A DNA stretch of 64,000 nucleotides from a virus (Duplodnaviria; Caudoviricetes): IMG/VR virus record IMGVR_UViG_3300028275_000007; one strand, 5' to 3'. A model generated the notes under the pieces. It worked only from the letters and a program-made list of their open reading frames with translations. It was not told the origin of the DNA and ran no database searches. The position numbers were made by a program, and so were the translations under genes. Of the stretch, positions 1-8,459 are shown in pieces (position 1 is the first letter of the stretch; the number at the start of each line of letters is the position of its first letter).

Positions 1-523
1 AGTTCCATTCTTTAGGCAATTCGCCAATGTCATTGTCTTCTAACCAAGTAAATCTATGTAGCTGTGCACCTGTAGATTTTTCAATGAAGTTAGGTGTTAA
101 GATTCTATTTTTAGGATGGCTGCAATTCCATAAGATAACACTAGACCAATTTTTTCTAGGATAGTCTTCGTTCTTACTGCCTAGATATTTTTCTGTCATC
201 TTAGTTTTATAGTCGTGTTTGACTACCATTACTGCCTTTGACTCGTCTCTTAGATTCCATAATTTTAAAATATCATCTCTTAAAATCATATCGCCGTCGA
301 CAAATATAGCCCAGCCCATAAAGTCCGATAGGGCAGGTGTTAAGAATCTAGAGTAGATAAATTGATTACTACCATCGCTGTGTGTTTCTTTGTACTCATT
401 GAATGTATTCAACGCCAGGGGAGTAATACTAACAGGGCAACTAGCCTGTCTAATAATACTGTTCGAACACACGTGAAACGCCACGGCTTCACGAGGATCG
501 TACCCAATGAATATTCTAATCAT
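1..523 (-). CDS. GT8-like (GT-A) glycosyltransferase, C-terminus runs off the left edge
   Basis: Missing from the ORF track; translated by hand from ATG at 523, which overlaps the upstream TGA as ATGA: MIRIFIGYDPREAVAFHVCSNSII...YSRFLTP...AIFVDGDM...YPRKNWSSVILWNC...GELPKEWN. Has a DxD motif and is open to the window edge. Confidence 0.85.
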   Translation of the reverse strand, partial: MIRIFIGYDPREAVAFHVCSNSIIRQASCPVSITPLALNTFNEYKETHSDGSNQFIYSRFLTPALSDFMGWAIFVDGDMILRDDILKLWNLRDESKAVMVVKHDYKTKMTEKYLGSKNEDYPRKNWSSVILWNCSHPKNRILTPNFIEKSTGAQLHRFTWLEDNDIGELPKEWN

Positions 524-1281
524 TTTCTTTCTATGTCCTCTTCTTCGCAACGCTCACCGTATTGAATTTCTACAATTCTACAAGGCACATCGTAAGGGTT
601 TGTTAATTGGTGCCATTGTCCGACTGGAATATCTTCTTCGTCGTGCAATTCTAATCTAGCAGTCGGCAACGAGTAACCGCTGTCCATCATTTTGTTAACA
701 TCGGCTCTACCTTCACTCACTATCCAATATTCTGAACGATACTTATGTCTTTGCATTGATAATTTGCAACCTGGATTAACTGTTAGTTCCTTAACTTTCA
801 TTCCAGGAACTTCGTGCAGAACACGATAGTAACCCCATTGACGTTCAGTCTTAGGTGCTTTCCATTCCTGTAAAATCCAAGAACTAGAATTCTTTTTATC
901 TTCTCCGCCAACACCAAACACAAATTCTAGGTTGTCGTCTTTGATGTCCATTTCGGGAATATTTTCTTTGGTTCTATCTCCACCGTTGGCAAAAATAATA
1001 CGTTCTTGAGGATAACTTTGACGCACCATTTGTATGGCGTGTTTAGCACTACCGTCACTGTCATTAAAGTCTATAACAAAATCTACACCAACTATATTCC
1101 GTACAATTGATGCACGTTCCATATAAGGCATAAAAGGAGCACCTTTTTTGCGTGTTAGCCAAGCGTCAGAATTTACGCCTACAACTAAAATATCACCCAA
1201 TGCCTTTGCTGCTTTAAAATAAGCAATATGACCAGAATGTAGAGGATCAAAGCCTCCGGTAATTAAAACAATTTTTTTCAT
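520..1281 (-). CDS. Cytidylyltransferase-like (RfaE/TagD-type) nucleotidyltransferase fused to a ManC/PMI type II-like cupin
   Basis: N-terminal GGFDPLHSGH (HxGH) and ANGGDR; C-terminal ERQWGYYRVL..KVKELTVNPG.KLSMQRH..RSEYWIV. Start placed at the ATGA overlap at 1281. Confidence 0.85.
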   Translation of the reverse strand: MKKIVLITGGFDPLHSGHIAYFKAAKALGDILVVGVNSDAWLTRKKGAPFMPYMERASIVRNIVGVDFVIDFNDSDGSAKHAIQMVRQSYPQERIIFANGGDRTKENIPEMDIKDDNLEFVFGVGGEDKKNSSSWILQEWKAPKTERQWGYYRVLHEVPGMKVKELTVNPGCKLSMQRHKYRSEYWIVSEGRADVNKMMDSGYSLPTARLELHDEEDIPVGQWHQLTNPYDVPCRIVEIQYGERCEEEDIERK

Positions 1282-1856
1282 AACAAATTTGTTCTTTCTT
1301 TCCATTCATTAAACGAACAAGTTTTAAATTCTATGTTGTCTTTTAAAAACCATGTTTCGAATAAATTTTCTTCTTTTTTATAATATACATCGGTAACTGC
1401 TACTTTATACCCGTTGTTTAATAAAAACTCAGTAGCAATTAAATTATAGTCAACTGTTGAATTATATAAATCGTGTTCAAATGTAATTATATCAAAAGTA
1501 ATTCCTTGACCAACAATATTCTTAAGAGCATTAAATGTATTTTCTGGAGGTTCTATATCACAAGACAAATAATTTATGTGTGTTGGTAAAAGATTTTCTG
1601 TTAATGCATTGATGTAATTAAATGTCAATGCATCTTCCCAATAAATTTTATTTTTTCTTTCAGGAGATTTTTCCCAAAACTCTTTTAAAGAATCATTGAA
1701 TTCTATGCCAAATCCTTTCCAGCCGCACGTTACTTCTAAATTATAAGTGTTACTGTTTTTTATTGGTTTATGAGCACCAACTTCAATGTATGTTCCATTA
1801 TTACCGAATAAAGAATATACGAATAAATCTTGATATGCTTGGGCTGTTGATTTCAT
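1278..1856 (-). CDS. FkbM-like SAM-dependent methyltransferase
   Basis: YIEVGAH..NSNTY.LE...WKGFGIE, INYLSCDIEP and ITFEHD motifs. Confidence 0.75.
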   Translation of the reverse strand: MKSTAQAYQDLFVYSLFGNNGTYIEVGAHKPIKNSNTYNLEVTCGWKGFGIEFNDSLKEFWEKSPERKNKIYWEDALTFNYINALTENLLPTHINYLSCDIEPPENTFNALKNIVGQGITFDIITFEHDLYNSTVDYNLIATEFLLNNGYKVAVTDVYYKKEENLFETWFLKDNIEFKTCSFNEWKERTNLL

Positions 1857-2593
1857 TGTTCTTCCTGAGTTTTTTCTCTGCTGCCTTTAGAATAATTAGC
1901 CTTATTTTTTTGTGCTACCCAATGACGCATATATTGAGCTAATTCAGTATACATAAACGGCATCAAATGATCCTTAGATGTTTTTAAATGATTAGCTTTT
2001 GCACCTGAATTTTTTATAGCCGACCACCATACGGATGTTTCCATATATCTAGGTGTATCTAACATTTTTAGTGTTGTATGATATTCTCTATAGTAATCGA
2101 TAACAGATTTTGATTCTTTCATTTTTAGATTTAATCCAAAAAATCCTGTTTCTGCTTCTTTATCACGACCTTTTCCTCCTGCAGGAACATCAACAGCTAA
2201 TGTGTCTTCTGGAATTAAAGAATTCAAATATTCAATGGTAACATAATTATGAGTTATTACATCACTGTCTAACCATATAAACACATCGGAATCAAAAGTT
2301 TCAAGAGCTGTTAAAACTACGTGTCCTTTTAGCCAAAATGTTTTCTTAGATAATACTTTGTCATTTGTTGTTGACGAAAACATTAATTGTTTAAAGTTTT
2401 CAAATCTAGGATTTATTTTATTAAAATCTTTAATTATTAATCTAGGGTCTGTTATGTCGGGTTCAAAATTTTCTGCCCATAATTCGATTGAAACCTCTTT
2501 AGGCCAATATTTCAAAAAGGATTGAATACATTCCTTACCGATAAGGTCATAGTAAGGTTTATGTTGTGTAGTCACTACTCTAAAAGATCGCAT
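1853..2593 (-). CDS. GT-A fold nucleotide-diphospho-sugar transferase
   Basis: FIWLDSDV (DxD) after FWLKGHVV; late ETGFFG and HWV motifs; sits in the sugar cluster. Confidence 0.7.
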   Translation of the reverse strand: MRSFRVVTTQHKPYYDLIGKECIQSFLKYWPKEVSIELWAENFEPDITDPRLIIKDFNKINPRFENFKQLMFSSTTNDKVLSKKTFWLKGHVVLTALETFDSDVFIWLDSDVITHNYVTIEYLNSLIPEDTLAVDVPAGGKGRDKEAETGFFGLNLKMKESKSVIDYYREYHTTLKMLDTPRYMETSVWWSAIKNSGAKANHLKTSKDHLMPFMYTELAQYMRHWVAQKNKANYSKGSREKTQEEQ

Positions 2594-2619
2594 TGTAGTC
2601 CAATTCTATTAACTGCTCA

Positions 2620-2636
2620 TATTTAGTCGATAAATA
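2620..2636. promoter_or_regulatory. Back-to-back T4-type late promoters (CTAAATA on -, ATAAATA on +)
   Basis: tatttag-tcg-ataaata lies between divergent genes; the + copy is 5 nt upstream of ATG 2642. Confidence 0.65.
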
Positions 2637-2641
2637 TTTCT

Positions 2642-3499
2642 ATGAAAATATTACTTACAGGCCATAGAGGATTTATTGGTAGCCATTATTATAATTTAAT
2701 TAAAGATAAACACGAAACCGTAGTATTTGATAAAAGAGAAGGCCAAGACCTTTGTTTACCAGACATAACAAATTCTTCTCCAAATTGTGATGTCGTTGTT
2801 CATATGGCCGCGACCAATGGAACCAAACTGTTCTACGAAAAACCAACTGAAGTTGCATTTAATAATACTTTACCAACATTTAATTTAATTAATAGATATA
2901 AAGGTACAGATACTAAATTTGTTTTTACAAGCACTTGTGAAATTTTTAATGGTGCTATTGATAAAGGACTATATCCAGTTCCCACTGATGAATCAGTTCC
3001 TGTGATGTTTGAAGATGTGATCAATCCTCGCTGGAGCTATAGTTTACCAAAAGCACTAGGAGAAAACTTAGTTGCTAATTCTGGATTAGATTGGTTAATT
3101 ATTAGATACTTTAATATCTACGGTCCTGGTCAGGTAGATCATTTCATCAGCGAATTTGTTGAACGTGTTGCCAAAGGTGAGTATTATATCAAAGGCAATG
3201 ATACAAGAAGTTTTTGTTATATCGACGATGCTGTTGAAATAACTCATAGACTAGTGACAAATAATAAAAATTATATAGTTAACGTAGGCAGACAAGAAGA
3301 AAATGAAATTGCTGAAGTAGCAAGAATTATTTTAGACATAATGGGAGTAGATCCGGAGAAATTAGAAATACTTCCAGGTCCAAAAGGTAGTGCAAAAAGA
3401 CGTTGCCCCGATACTACCCTGATGAAAAAATTAACCGGATTTACAGAATATACATCATTGAAAGACGGATTAAAGAAAACTGTTGAGAGCTTAATATGA
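2642..3499 (+). CDS. Extended SDR NAD-dependent epimerase/decarboxylase (UDP-glucuronate decarboxylase/ArnA-like)
   Basis: TGHRGFIGS, FTSTCEIF, PRWSYSLPK (YxxxK), RYFNIYGP, RSFCYIDD, RRCPD. Confidence 0.85.
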   Translation: MKILLTGHRGFIGSHYYNLIKDKHETVVFDKREGQDLCLPDITNSSPNCDVVVHMAATNGTKLFYEKPTEVAFNNTLPTFNLINRYKGTDTKFVFTSTCEIFNGAIDKGLYPVPTDESVPVMFEDVINPRWSYSLPKALGENLVANSGLDWLIIRYFNIYGPGQVDHFISEFVERVAKGEYYIKGNDTRSFCYIDDAVEITHRLVTNNKNYIVNVGRQEENEIAEVARIILDIMGVDPEKLEILPGPKGSAKRRCPDTTLMKKLTGFTEYTSLKDGLKKTVESLI

Positions 3500-4290
3500 A
3501 AATAGGAATTATTGGTTGGGGAGCAGTAGGTAGTGCTGTTGGTGAAGGATTTAAGATGTTAGGACACGATGTAACTAAACACGATCCTAAATTTAATACA
3601 ACTATCGATAGTGTATTGGATACTGAAATTGTATTTGTTTGTGTGCCAACACCGTCGGGTGAAAATGGCGAATGCGATTTGTCAATTGTGCATCAAACAA
3701 TATCTAATTTAAAAAATTTAAAATATCAGGGTGTGATCGCTCTTAAATCAACATCGGTGCCAGGAACCACACAATCTATAATTGAAAAATATAATGATAA
3801 AGATATTTGCTTTGTTCCTGAATTTTTAAGAGAACGATCTGCCCTAGAAGATTTTGTAAGAAATCACGATGTACTAGCAGTAGGATGTTATACAGACAGG
3901 TCCTGGCACAAGGTCTGTGAAGCACATTCTTGGCTTCCTAAGAATACAGTTAGAATGACGCCCACTGAAGCAGAGATATTAAAGTATTATTCAAACACTT
4001 TTAATGCTTTGCGAGTAGTATTTGCAAACGTTATGTACGAAGTCTGTGATAAACTAAATTCAGACTACGACAAAGTATTAGAAACTTTTTTATTAAGAAA
4101 AACATCAAGTCCTGATTATCTTAGCTGCGGACCAGAAATGCGAGGGTATGGAGGAATGTGTTTGCCTAAAGACACAAAAGCAATGGCAGACCTATGCAAA
4201 CAATTAGATCTACCATTTGATTTATTTAAAACTATGGATCACGATAATAACCAGGTTAAGAAAACTGTATTTCCTGGTATGAGGTTTTAA
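3496..4290 (+). CDS. ugd: UDP-glucose/GDP-mannose 6-dehydrogenase family protein, short form
   Basis: GIIGWGAVG, VCVPTP, KSTSVPGT, PEFLRE, AEILKY.SN.FNALRV.FAN, GYGGMCLPKD with the catalytic Cys. Confidence 0.85.
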   Translation: MKIGIIGWGAVGSAVGEGFKMLGHDVTKHDPKFNTTIDSVLDTEIVFVCVPTPSGENGECDLSIVHQTISNLKNLKYQGVIALKSTSVPGTTQSIIEKYNDKDICFVPEFLRERSALEDFVRNHDVLAVGCYTDRSWHKVCEAHSWLPKNTVRMTPTEAEILKYYSNTFNALRVVFANVMYEVCDKLNSDYDKVLETFLLRKTSSPDYLSCGPEMRGYGGMCLPKDTKAMADLCKQLDLPFDLFKTMDHDNNQVKKTVFPGMRF

Positions 4291-4742
4291 AGAGTAGCGT
4301 CTTCTAAACCAGCTACACGTAGTTTAACAATGTTGCTTAGATGCCATTGTTTTTGATCTAATGCTTTGATAATACCCAACCACTTATTTCTAAGTAGGGC
4401 AAAGTCATTGATAATTTTTTCAAAGTCTACAACGTCGGCCTCGCCCTCTACAAATTTTTCACAATCTCTAGAGGAGAGGCTACGTTGATAGTTTTCAAGA
4501 TACTTACGAAAATGTTGACTACGAAGCCGACGAAGTTCAATGTTTAGGTATTCTAAAATTGCTTCAATTTCTTGAAGTTGATTAAATCGATTTTCAACAA
4601 TGCCGGGCATCTGCGCAGACGCTTTCTCGATGTTCCCCGCTATACGGGCATCTTGTTTTGCCTCAGTTAATTGGGCTTCATAATAAGCCACAGCATCTGG
4701 AATATTTGAAATATCCTTTGAAACTCGATCATACCAATTCAT
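4287..4742 (-). CDS. uvsY: UvsY-like recombination mediator
   Basis: YLENYQRSLSSRDCEKFVEGE and C-terminal IVKLRVAGLED; downstream of uvsX. Confidence 0.8.
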   Translation of the reverse strand: MNWYDRVSKDISNIPDAVAYYEAQLTEAKQDARIAGNIEKASAQMPGIVENRFNQLQEIEAILEYLNIELRRLRSQHFRKYLENYQRSLSSRDCEKFVEGEADVVDFEKIINDFALLRNKWLGIIKALDQKQWHLSNIVKLRVAGLEDATL

Positions 4743-4988
4743 TTATTCCTCGTCGTCATCGTAACCGTAATTTTCTTCCTCATCACTTTCAATCTCCTCA
4801 CCATCGATAACATATTCTATAGCATTATCTAGGTAAGGGTCAACCCCTAATAGACTATCTAAAGTTGATTCTTTAATACCATAGTCCATTAAAGTGTTGA
4901 CAAAGTCTGCTGCCACATTGGCACGTTGTTTTTCTGGAATTACCTCAACAACAACAGACCAAAGATCTGCAATTAAGTCTTCTTTCAT
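4743..4988 (-). CDS. Small acidic hypothetical protein
   Basis: 81-aa ORF tightly packed between uvsX and uvsY. Confidence 0.75.
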   Translation of the reverse strand: MKEDLIADLWSVVVEVIPEKQRANVAADFVNTLMDYGIKESTLDSLLGVDPYLDNAIEYVIDGEEIESDEEENYGYDDDEE

Positions 4989-6064
4989 TATACGCTCTCC
5001 GTTTCAGGTTCGACATTAGTAGTTATCTCAGAAACGGAATTTTCACCATGTTTTGAAATGTCAGACATAATAGCATCTAAGCCACCATTTTCATTTCTTT
5101 CCCAGGCTTTGCGGAACTGTTTGATGATTTCACCATCTTTAGTTGTGTAAACAAGACTGTTACCTTCTTTCTTTAGAAGACCTTTTTCTTCTGCCAGATC
5201 TACCAGTCCACTATATGGATTCATACCTGTTTCATAAGGAATCTTCACTTGTACACTTTCAAATGGTTTAGCATAACGAGTTTTCATAATCTTACAAGCG
5301 GCACGAATACCCTTAACTTCTGAAATCTTGTTACCATCTTCATCTTCTTTTAACTTTAACTTACGCATAGCAACTACAATAGAGCTAGCGTAGATAAAGC
5401 CCTGACCACCTGAAATCTTGTCATCTGGATCAAACATATCTTGTGAAGCGTATGTGTGATTAGTTGCAACCAGGCCAATGTTAAGTGATCCAAACATATT
5501 AACACAGTTACGAACAAGTGCTGTCAATGCCTTAGGCTTACGACCCATATCGCCTTTCAAATCACCTGCTTCAAACTGATTAACATCTGTTGGAGTAAGC
5601 AACATACCTAAAGAGTCAAGGATAAACAATACTTTAGGACGAGTATCCTCTGGCATTGTTTTATATTCAGCAACAAATTCTGTAATGGTCTTTGCTACAT
5701 CATCGATCATTGCCATATTAAGTTTTAGCAACTTATCTTCTGAAGTATCGACGCCTAATGCCTTGAGCCAATCTTCGTCAAGAGCATTTTCTGTATCGAT
5801 CAAGATAGGATAAATTCCCTGTGCCTGTGCTGCCTTGATAAGGTTACCGGAACAGATATATGATTTACCTGCACCTGATTCACCGGCAAATACAGTCACT
5901 TTTCCCAACGGAACCCCTTTATGGAAATCGCCGCTGATCAAATAGTTTAAGGCAAAATTGCCTGTGCTGACCCAATCAGTAGGGTCGTTAAAGCCAATAC
6001 TAAGACCGTCAATAGACTTAGTAATTGACTTTCTAAATTTAGAAATATCAAATGCTTTTGCCAT
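4988..6064 (-). CDS. uvsX: UvsX RecA-like recombinase
   Basis: Walker A AGESGAGKS, ILDSLGML, NHTY, ISGGQGFIYASS. Confidence 0.95.
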   Translation of the reverse strand: MAKAFDISKFRKSITKSIDGLSIGFNDPTDWVSTGNFALNYLISGDFHKGVPLGKVTVFAGESGAGKSYICSGNLIKAAQAQGIYPILIDTENALDEDWLKALGVDTSEDKLLKLNMAMIDDVAKTITEFVAEYKTMPEDTRPKVLFILDSLGMLLTPTDVNQFEAGDLKGDMGRKPKALTALVRNCVNMFGSLNIGLVATNHTYASQDMFDPDDKISGGQGFIYASSIVVAMRKLKLKEDEDGNKISEVKGIRAACKIMKTRYAKPFESVQVKIPYETGMNPYSGLVDLAEEKGLLKKEGNSLVYTTKDGEIIKQFRKAWERNENGGLDAIMSDISKHGENSVSEITTNVEPETESV

Positions 6065-6066
6065 AA

Positions 6067-6255
6067 TTATTGATCCAATGGTAGTTTATTCCACTCTTTA
6101 ATTAGAGTGATTACTTCTTCTTCTGTGTTGCAAAGGGTCTTGGTATTTGCCCAATCTTCTTTTTTATTTCTGCCGCCAATTTCAACCATCCAACCGTTGT
6201 CGTAACGATTGATAGTAATTGACTCATTTACTTTTGTTAGTTTGTCTAGTTTCAT
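6067..6255 (-). CDS. Hypothetical protein
   Basis: 62-aa ORF with SD AGGAG, in the operon between gp32 and uvsX. Confidence 0.7.
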   Translation of the reverse strand: MKLDKLTKVNESITINRYDNGWMVEIGGRNKKEDWANTKTLCNTEEEVITLIKEWNKLPLDQ

Positions 6256-6279
6256 TATTATCTCCTAAATAGTGAAGAG

Positions 6280-6316
6280 AGCCCGGGCGTATGACTAAGT
6301 CACAGTGGCCCGAGCC
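6280..6316 (-). other. GC-rich stem-loop downstream of gp32 (attenuator or mRNA-stability element)
   Basis: GGCUCGGGC...UGAC-UUA-GUCA...GCCCGGGCU; no clean U-tract. Confidence 0.55.
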
Positions 6317-6323
6317 GTGTTGA

Positions 6324-7334
6324 TTATTGCTTTTGACGATTACGAATCATTGCCAAGATGTCTTGAGCACGTGATGCGTTTTCACCGCCGGCTGCTGGAG
6401 CAGGTGCTGCCTTTGGAGCAGGTGCTTCTGCAGGAGCAGAATCTTCCCAAGGAAGATCTTCTTCACTAGATGTTTGAGGAGCAGGTGCGCTAACGCGAGC
6501 TGCCGGAGCGGCTGCTTTGTTAGGATCACCAGTTGCTTGACCCATACCTGCTGGTTTGAAGTATTGTCCCCAACGGTCCATATCATATGCTTCACCGTCA
6601 ACTGACGCTTCAAACATTTCTTTCATAACCTTGAGTTCAACGTCTGTCGGCTTCTTAGGTAGGAAGTCTGATAGATTAAACAAACCAAATTGTTCAATCG
6701 CTGCCTTATCTGCATCAGAAATTGAACGTTCACGACGGCTCCACTTTGAAGTAGAGTAGTCAGCAAATCCGCCTTTGCTGGTTTTAGCAATACGGAAATC
6801 TACACCACGGAGGTAGTCAGTTGGCAATTCTTCCAACTCAGGGTCCATAAGAGCAGATTTAATAGTTTGGAAAATCTGAGGACCGATAATGAATCTACGA
6901 ATCGGATTGTCTGGTGTATTATCTTCTTTGAGTGCATCTTCAACTACAAAGCCTTGGAAAATGTATGAACGCTTCTTCCAATATTTACGACCCATTTCTT
7001 CTAGTGATTTGTCTTTAAACCAACCACGCACTTCAGATAGAATAGGACAAACTGAACCATCGTTGTACATTTCAACACAGGGAACCTGTACTTGAACTGG
7101 ACGTGAATCTGTTTCACCTTTAATACCTGCAAATGGGAGTTTGATCATTGCACGCTCTACCCAAAAGAAAGTGTTGTTTGGGTTACCGTCTGGTAGAAAA
7201 CGTACTACGGCTTCTTTACCTTCCTGCATATTCCAGTGTGGGTAAATTGCGTTATCGCCGCCGCCTGTTGATTGTCCTGTGGACTTGCCTTGTGCTTCTT
7301 GAAGTTTTGCACGAATTTCTGCTAATGTTGCCAT
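6324..7334 (-). CDS. gp32: Single-stranded DNA-binding protein, T4 gp32 family
   Basis: AVVRFLPDGN, CPILSEVRGW, RKYWKKRSY, FRIAKTSKGGFADYSTSKW; Pro/Ala/acidic tail. Confidence 0.92.
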   Translation of the reverse strand: MATLAEIRAKLQEAQGKSTGQSTGGGDNAIYPHWNMQEGKEAVVRFLPDGNPNNTFFWVERAMIKLPFAGIKGETDSRPVQVQVPCVEMYNDGSVCPILSEVRGWFKDKSLEEMGRKYWKKRSYIFQGFVVEDALKEDNTPDNPIRRFIIGPQIFQTIKSALMDPELEELPTDYLRGVDFRIAKTSKGGFADYSTSKWSRRERSISDADKAAIEQFGLFNLSDFLPKKPTDVELKVMKEMFEASVDGEAYDMDRWGQYFKPAGMGQATGDPNKAAAPAARVSAPAPQTSSEEDLPWEDSAPAEAPAPKAAPAPAAGGENASRAQDILAMIRNRQKQ

Positions 7335-7391
7335 TTTATAGCCTCCTTATGCCTTTAATGTAAATGACTTTATGCCTATCGCATAACAACT

Positions 7392-7420
7392 ATTATGCGC
7401 TTTTTATTTAGCAAAGTCAA
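7392..7420 (-). promoter_or_regulatory. Sigma70-type promoter for gp32 with an embedded CTAAATA late-like element
   Basis: TTGACT-17 nt (TTGCTAAATAAAAAGCG)-CATAAT. Confidence 0.75.
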
Positions 7421-7445
7421 AGGGTTTTTAAGATTTTATTTCACC

Positions 7446-7473
7446 AAAAAAAATCCACTCTATGAGTGGATTT
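7446..7473 (-). terminator. Intrinsic terminator
   Basis: AAATCCACTC-ATA-GAGTGGATTT followed by a T-run, overlapping the stop of 7460..7858. Confidence 0.75.
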
Positions 7474-7858
7474 GGTGATAACGAATCATAGCCGCTGTTC
7501 TTGCTAAAAATAGTTTCCACCGTATTTCTTCAGTAATTAACCCGTCCGGATCATCTGGTGTTGGGTCTGTTTGAATTCTTTGAAGATCGCGTCGACGATA
7601 AGATGTAATAATATCGTCAACTTCTATAATATCATATTCTTTATCGTCTGCAAATAAAGTAATTTTATGAGGATTACCTGTAAAAATTTTATTCTTGGGT
7701 AATCTTAGGGATTTTACAAGGACTGGTCCTTTTTTGGTCGCAGTCTTCGCTGACGATTCTGTAATGGTATGATTCCCAAAGAGGTTTTTCTGAGCCATAC
7801 TTACTTGGCTTATCCCAATTGTAATCATCGCAGTAAGAATCACTGCTAACCTTTTCAT
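7460..7858 (-). CDS. Hypothetical protein with an N-terminal signal peptide
   Basis: MKRLAVILTAMITIGISQVSMA; SD GAGGA. Confidence 0.75.
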   Translation of the reverse strand: MKRLAVILTAMITIGISQVSMAQKNLFGNHTITESSAKTATKKGPVLVKSLRLPKNKIFTGNPHKITLFADDKEYDIIEVDDIITSYRRRDLQRIQTDPTPDDPDGLITEEIRWKLFLARTAAMIRYHQIHS

Positions 7859-7876
7859 TTCTAGTCCTCATTAACA

Positions 7877-8173
7877 TTATTGACAAGTCCTTGTAATTGT
7901 CACGCTACCGTCTGGATTGCGTATTTCAGTCCAAGGACCACATACTTGTTGTTGCGTATAAACGGGCGGTTGTTGAATAACCGTTGGCGGTTGTTGAACA
8001 ACTACAGGGCGAGTTGCGGCATATACTACAGCACCTCCAACAACAGCTGGAACTACCCAATTCCAACTACCCCTATGATGCATATGGTGTCCACCATGAT
8101 GTCCGTGGTATGGACCTGCTTGCGCACCAAAAGCAGATAAACCAATTAAACCTGCAATTAAGAGTTTTTTCAT
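7877..8173 (-). CDS. Small exported His/Pro-rich protein
   Basis: Start at ATG 8173 after SD AAGGAGG: MKKLLIAGLIGLSAFGAQA, then a His-rich patch, a hydrophobic stretch, QQPP repeats and a terminal Cys pair. Confidence 0.8.
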   Translation of the reverse strand: MKKLLIAGLIGLSAFGAQAGPYHGHHGGHHMHHRGSWNWVVPAVVGGAVVYAATRPVVVQQPPTVIQQPPVYTQQQVCGPWTEIRNPDGSVTITRTCQ

Positions 8174-8188
8174 AAAACCCTCCTTGAT

Positions 8189-8230
8189 ATTATAATAACG
8201 CCCCAGTGCCAACTTTCGTTGACAAGGGGC
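8189..8230 (-). promoter_or_regulatory. TTGTCAAC-N17-CGTTAWTATAAT motif, copy 1, overlapping a GAAA-loop hairpin
   Basis: GCCCC-TTGTCAAC-GAAA-GTTGGCA-CT-GGGGC then GTTATTATAAT. Confidence 0.55.
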
Positions 8231-8238
8231 AATTAAAA

Positions 8239-8412
8239 TTACTTCTTAGCTTCTTCTTTCTTAGCAGGAGCTTTTGGAGCTTCCTTAGCAGCAGGTGCTG
8301 GCGCAGATGCAGCTGGTTTGGCTTCTGCTTTCTTTTCTTCTTTCTTAGGTGCATCAGCAGCGAAAGCGGATACTGCAAATAATGATGCTACTAAAGTTGC
8401 TACTAGTTTCAT
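8239..8412 (-). CDS. 57-aa exported Ala/Lys/Pro-rich peptide (below the ORF-track cutoff)
   Basis: Hand translation MKLVATLVASLFAVSAFAADAPKKEEKKAEAKPAASAPAPAAKEAPKAPAKKEEAKK*; signal peptide ending AFA; SD AAGGA. Confidence 0.8.
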   Translation of the reverse strand: MKLVATLVASLFAVSAFAADAPKKEEKKAEAKPAASAPAPAAKEAPKAPAKKEEAKK

Positions 8413-8459
8413 AGTAATTTCCTTTTTTTAGGTTAAACACAGAAAAACCTTCCCTGTGT

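Noticed and set aside
362-565. ORF-track + strand 67-aa ORF
   Set aside because: It is the antisense shadow of the GT8-like gene (1..523, -), which has clear motifs.
8218-8225. GTTGACA at 8218 and 8489 as + strand sigma70 -35 boxes
   Set aside because: No -10 at 16-18 nt and no + strand gene downstream; interpreted instead as part of the - strand motif.
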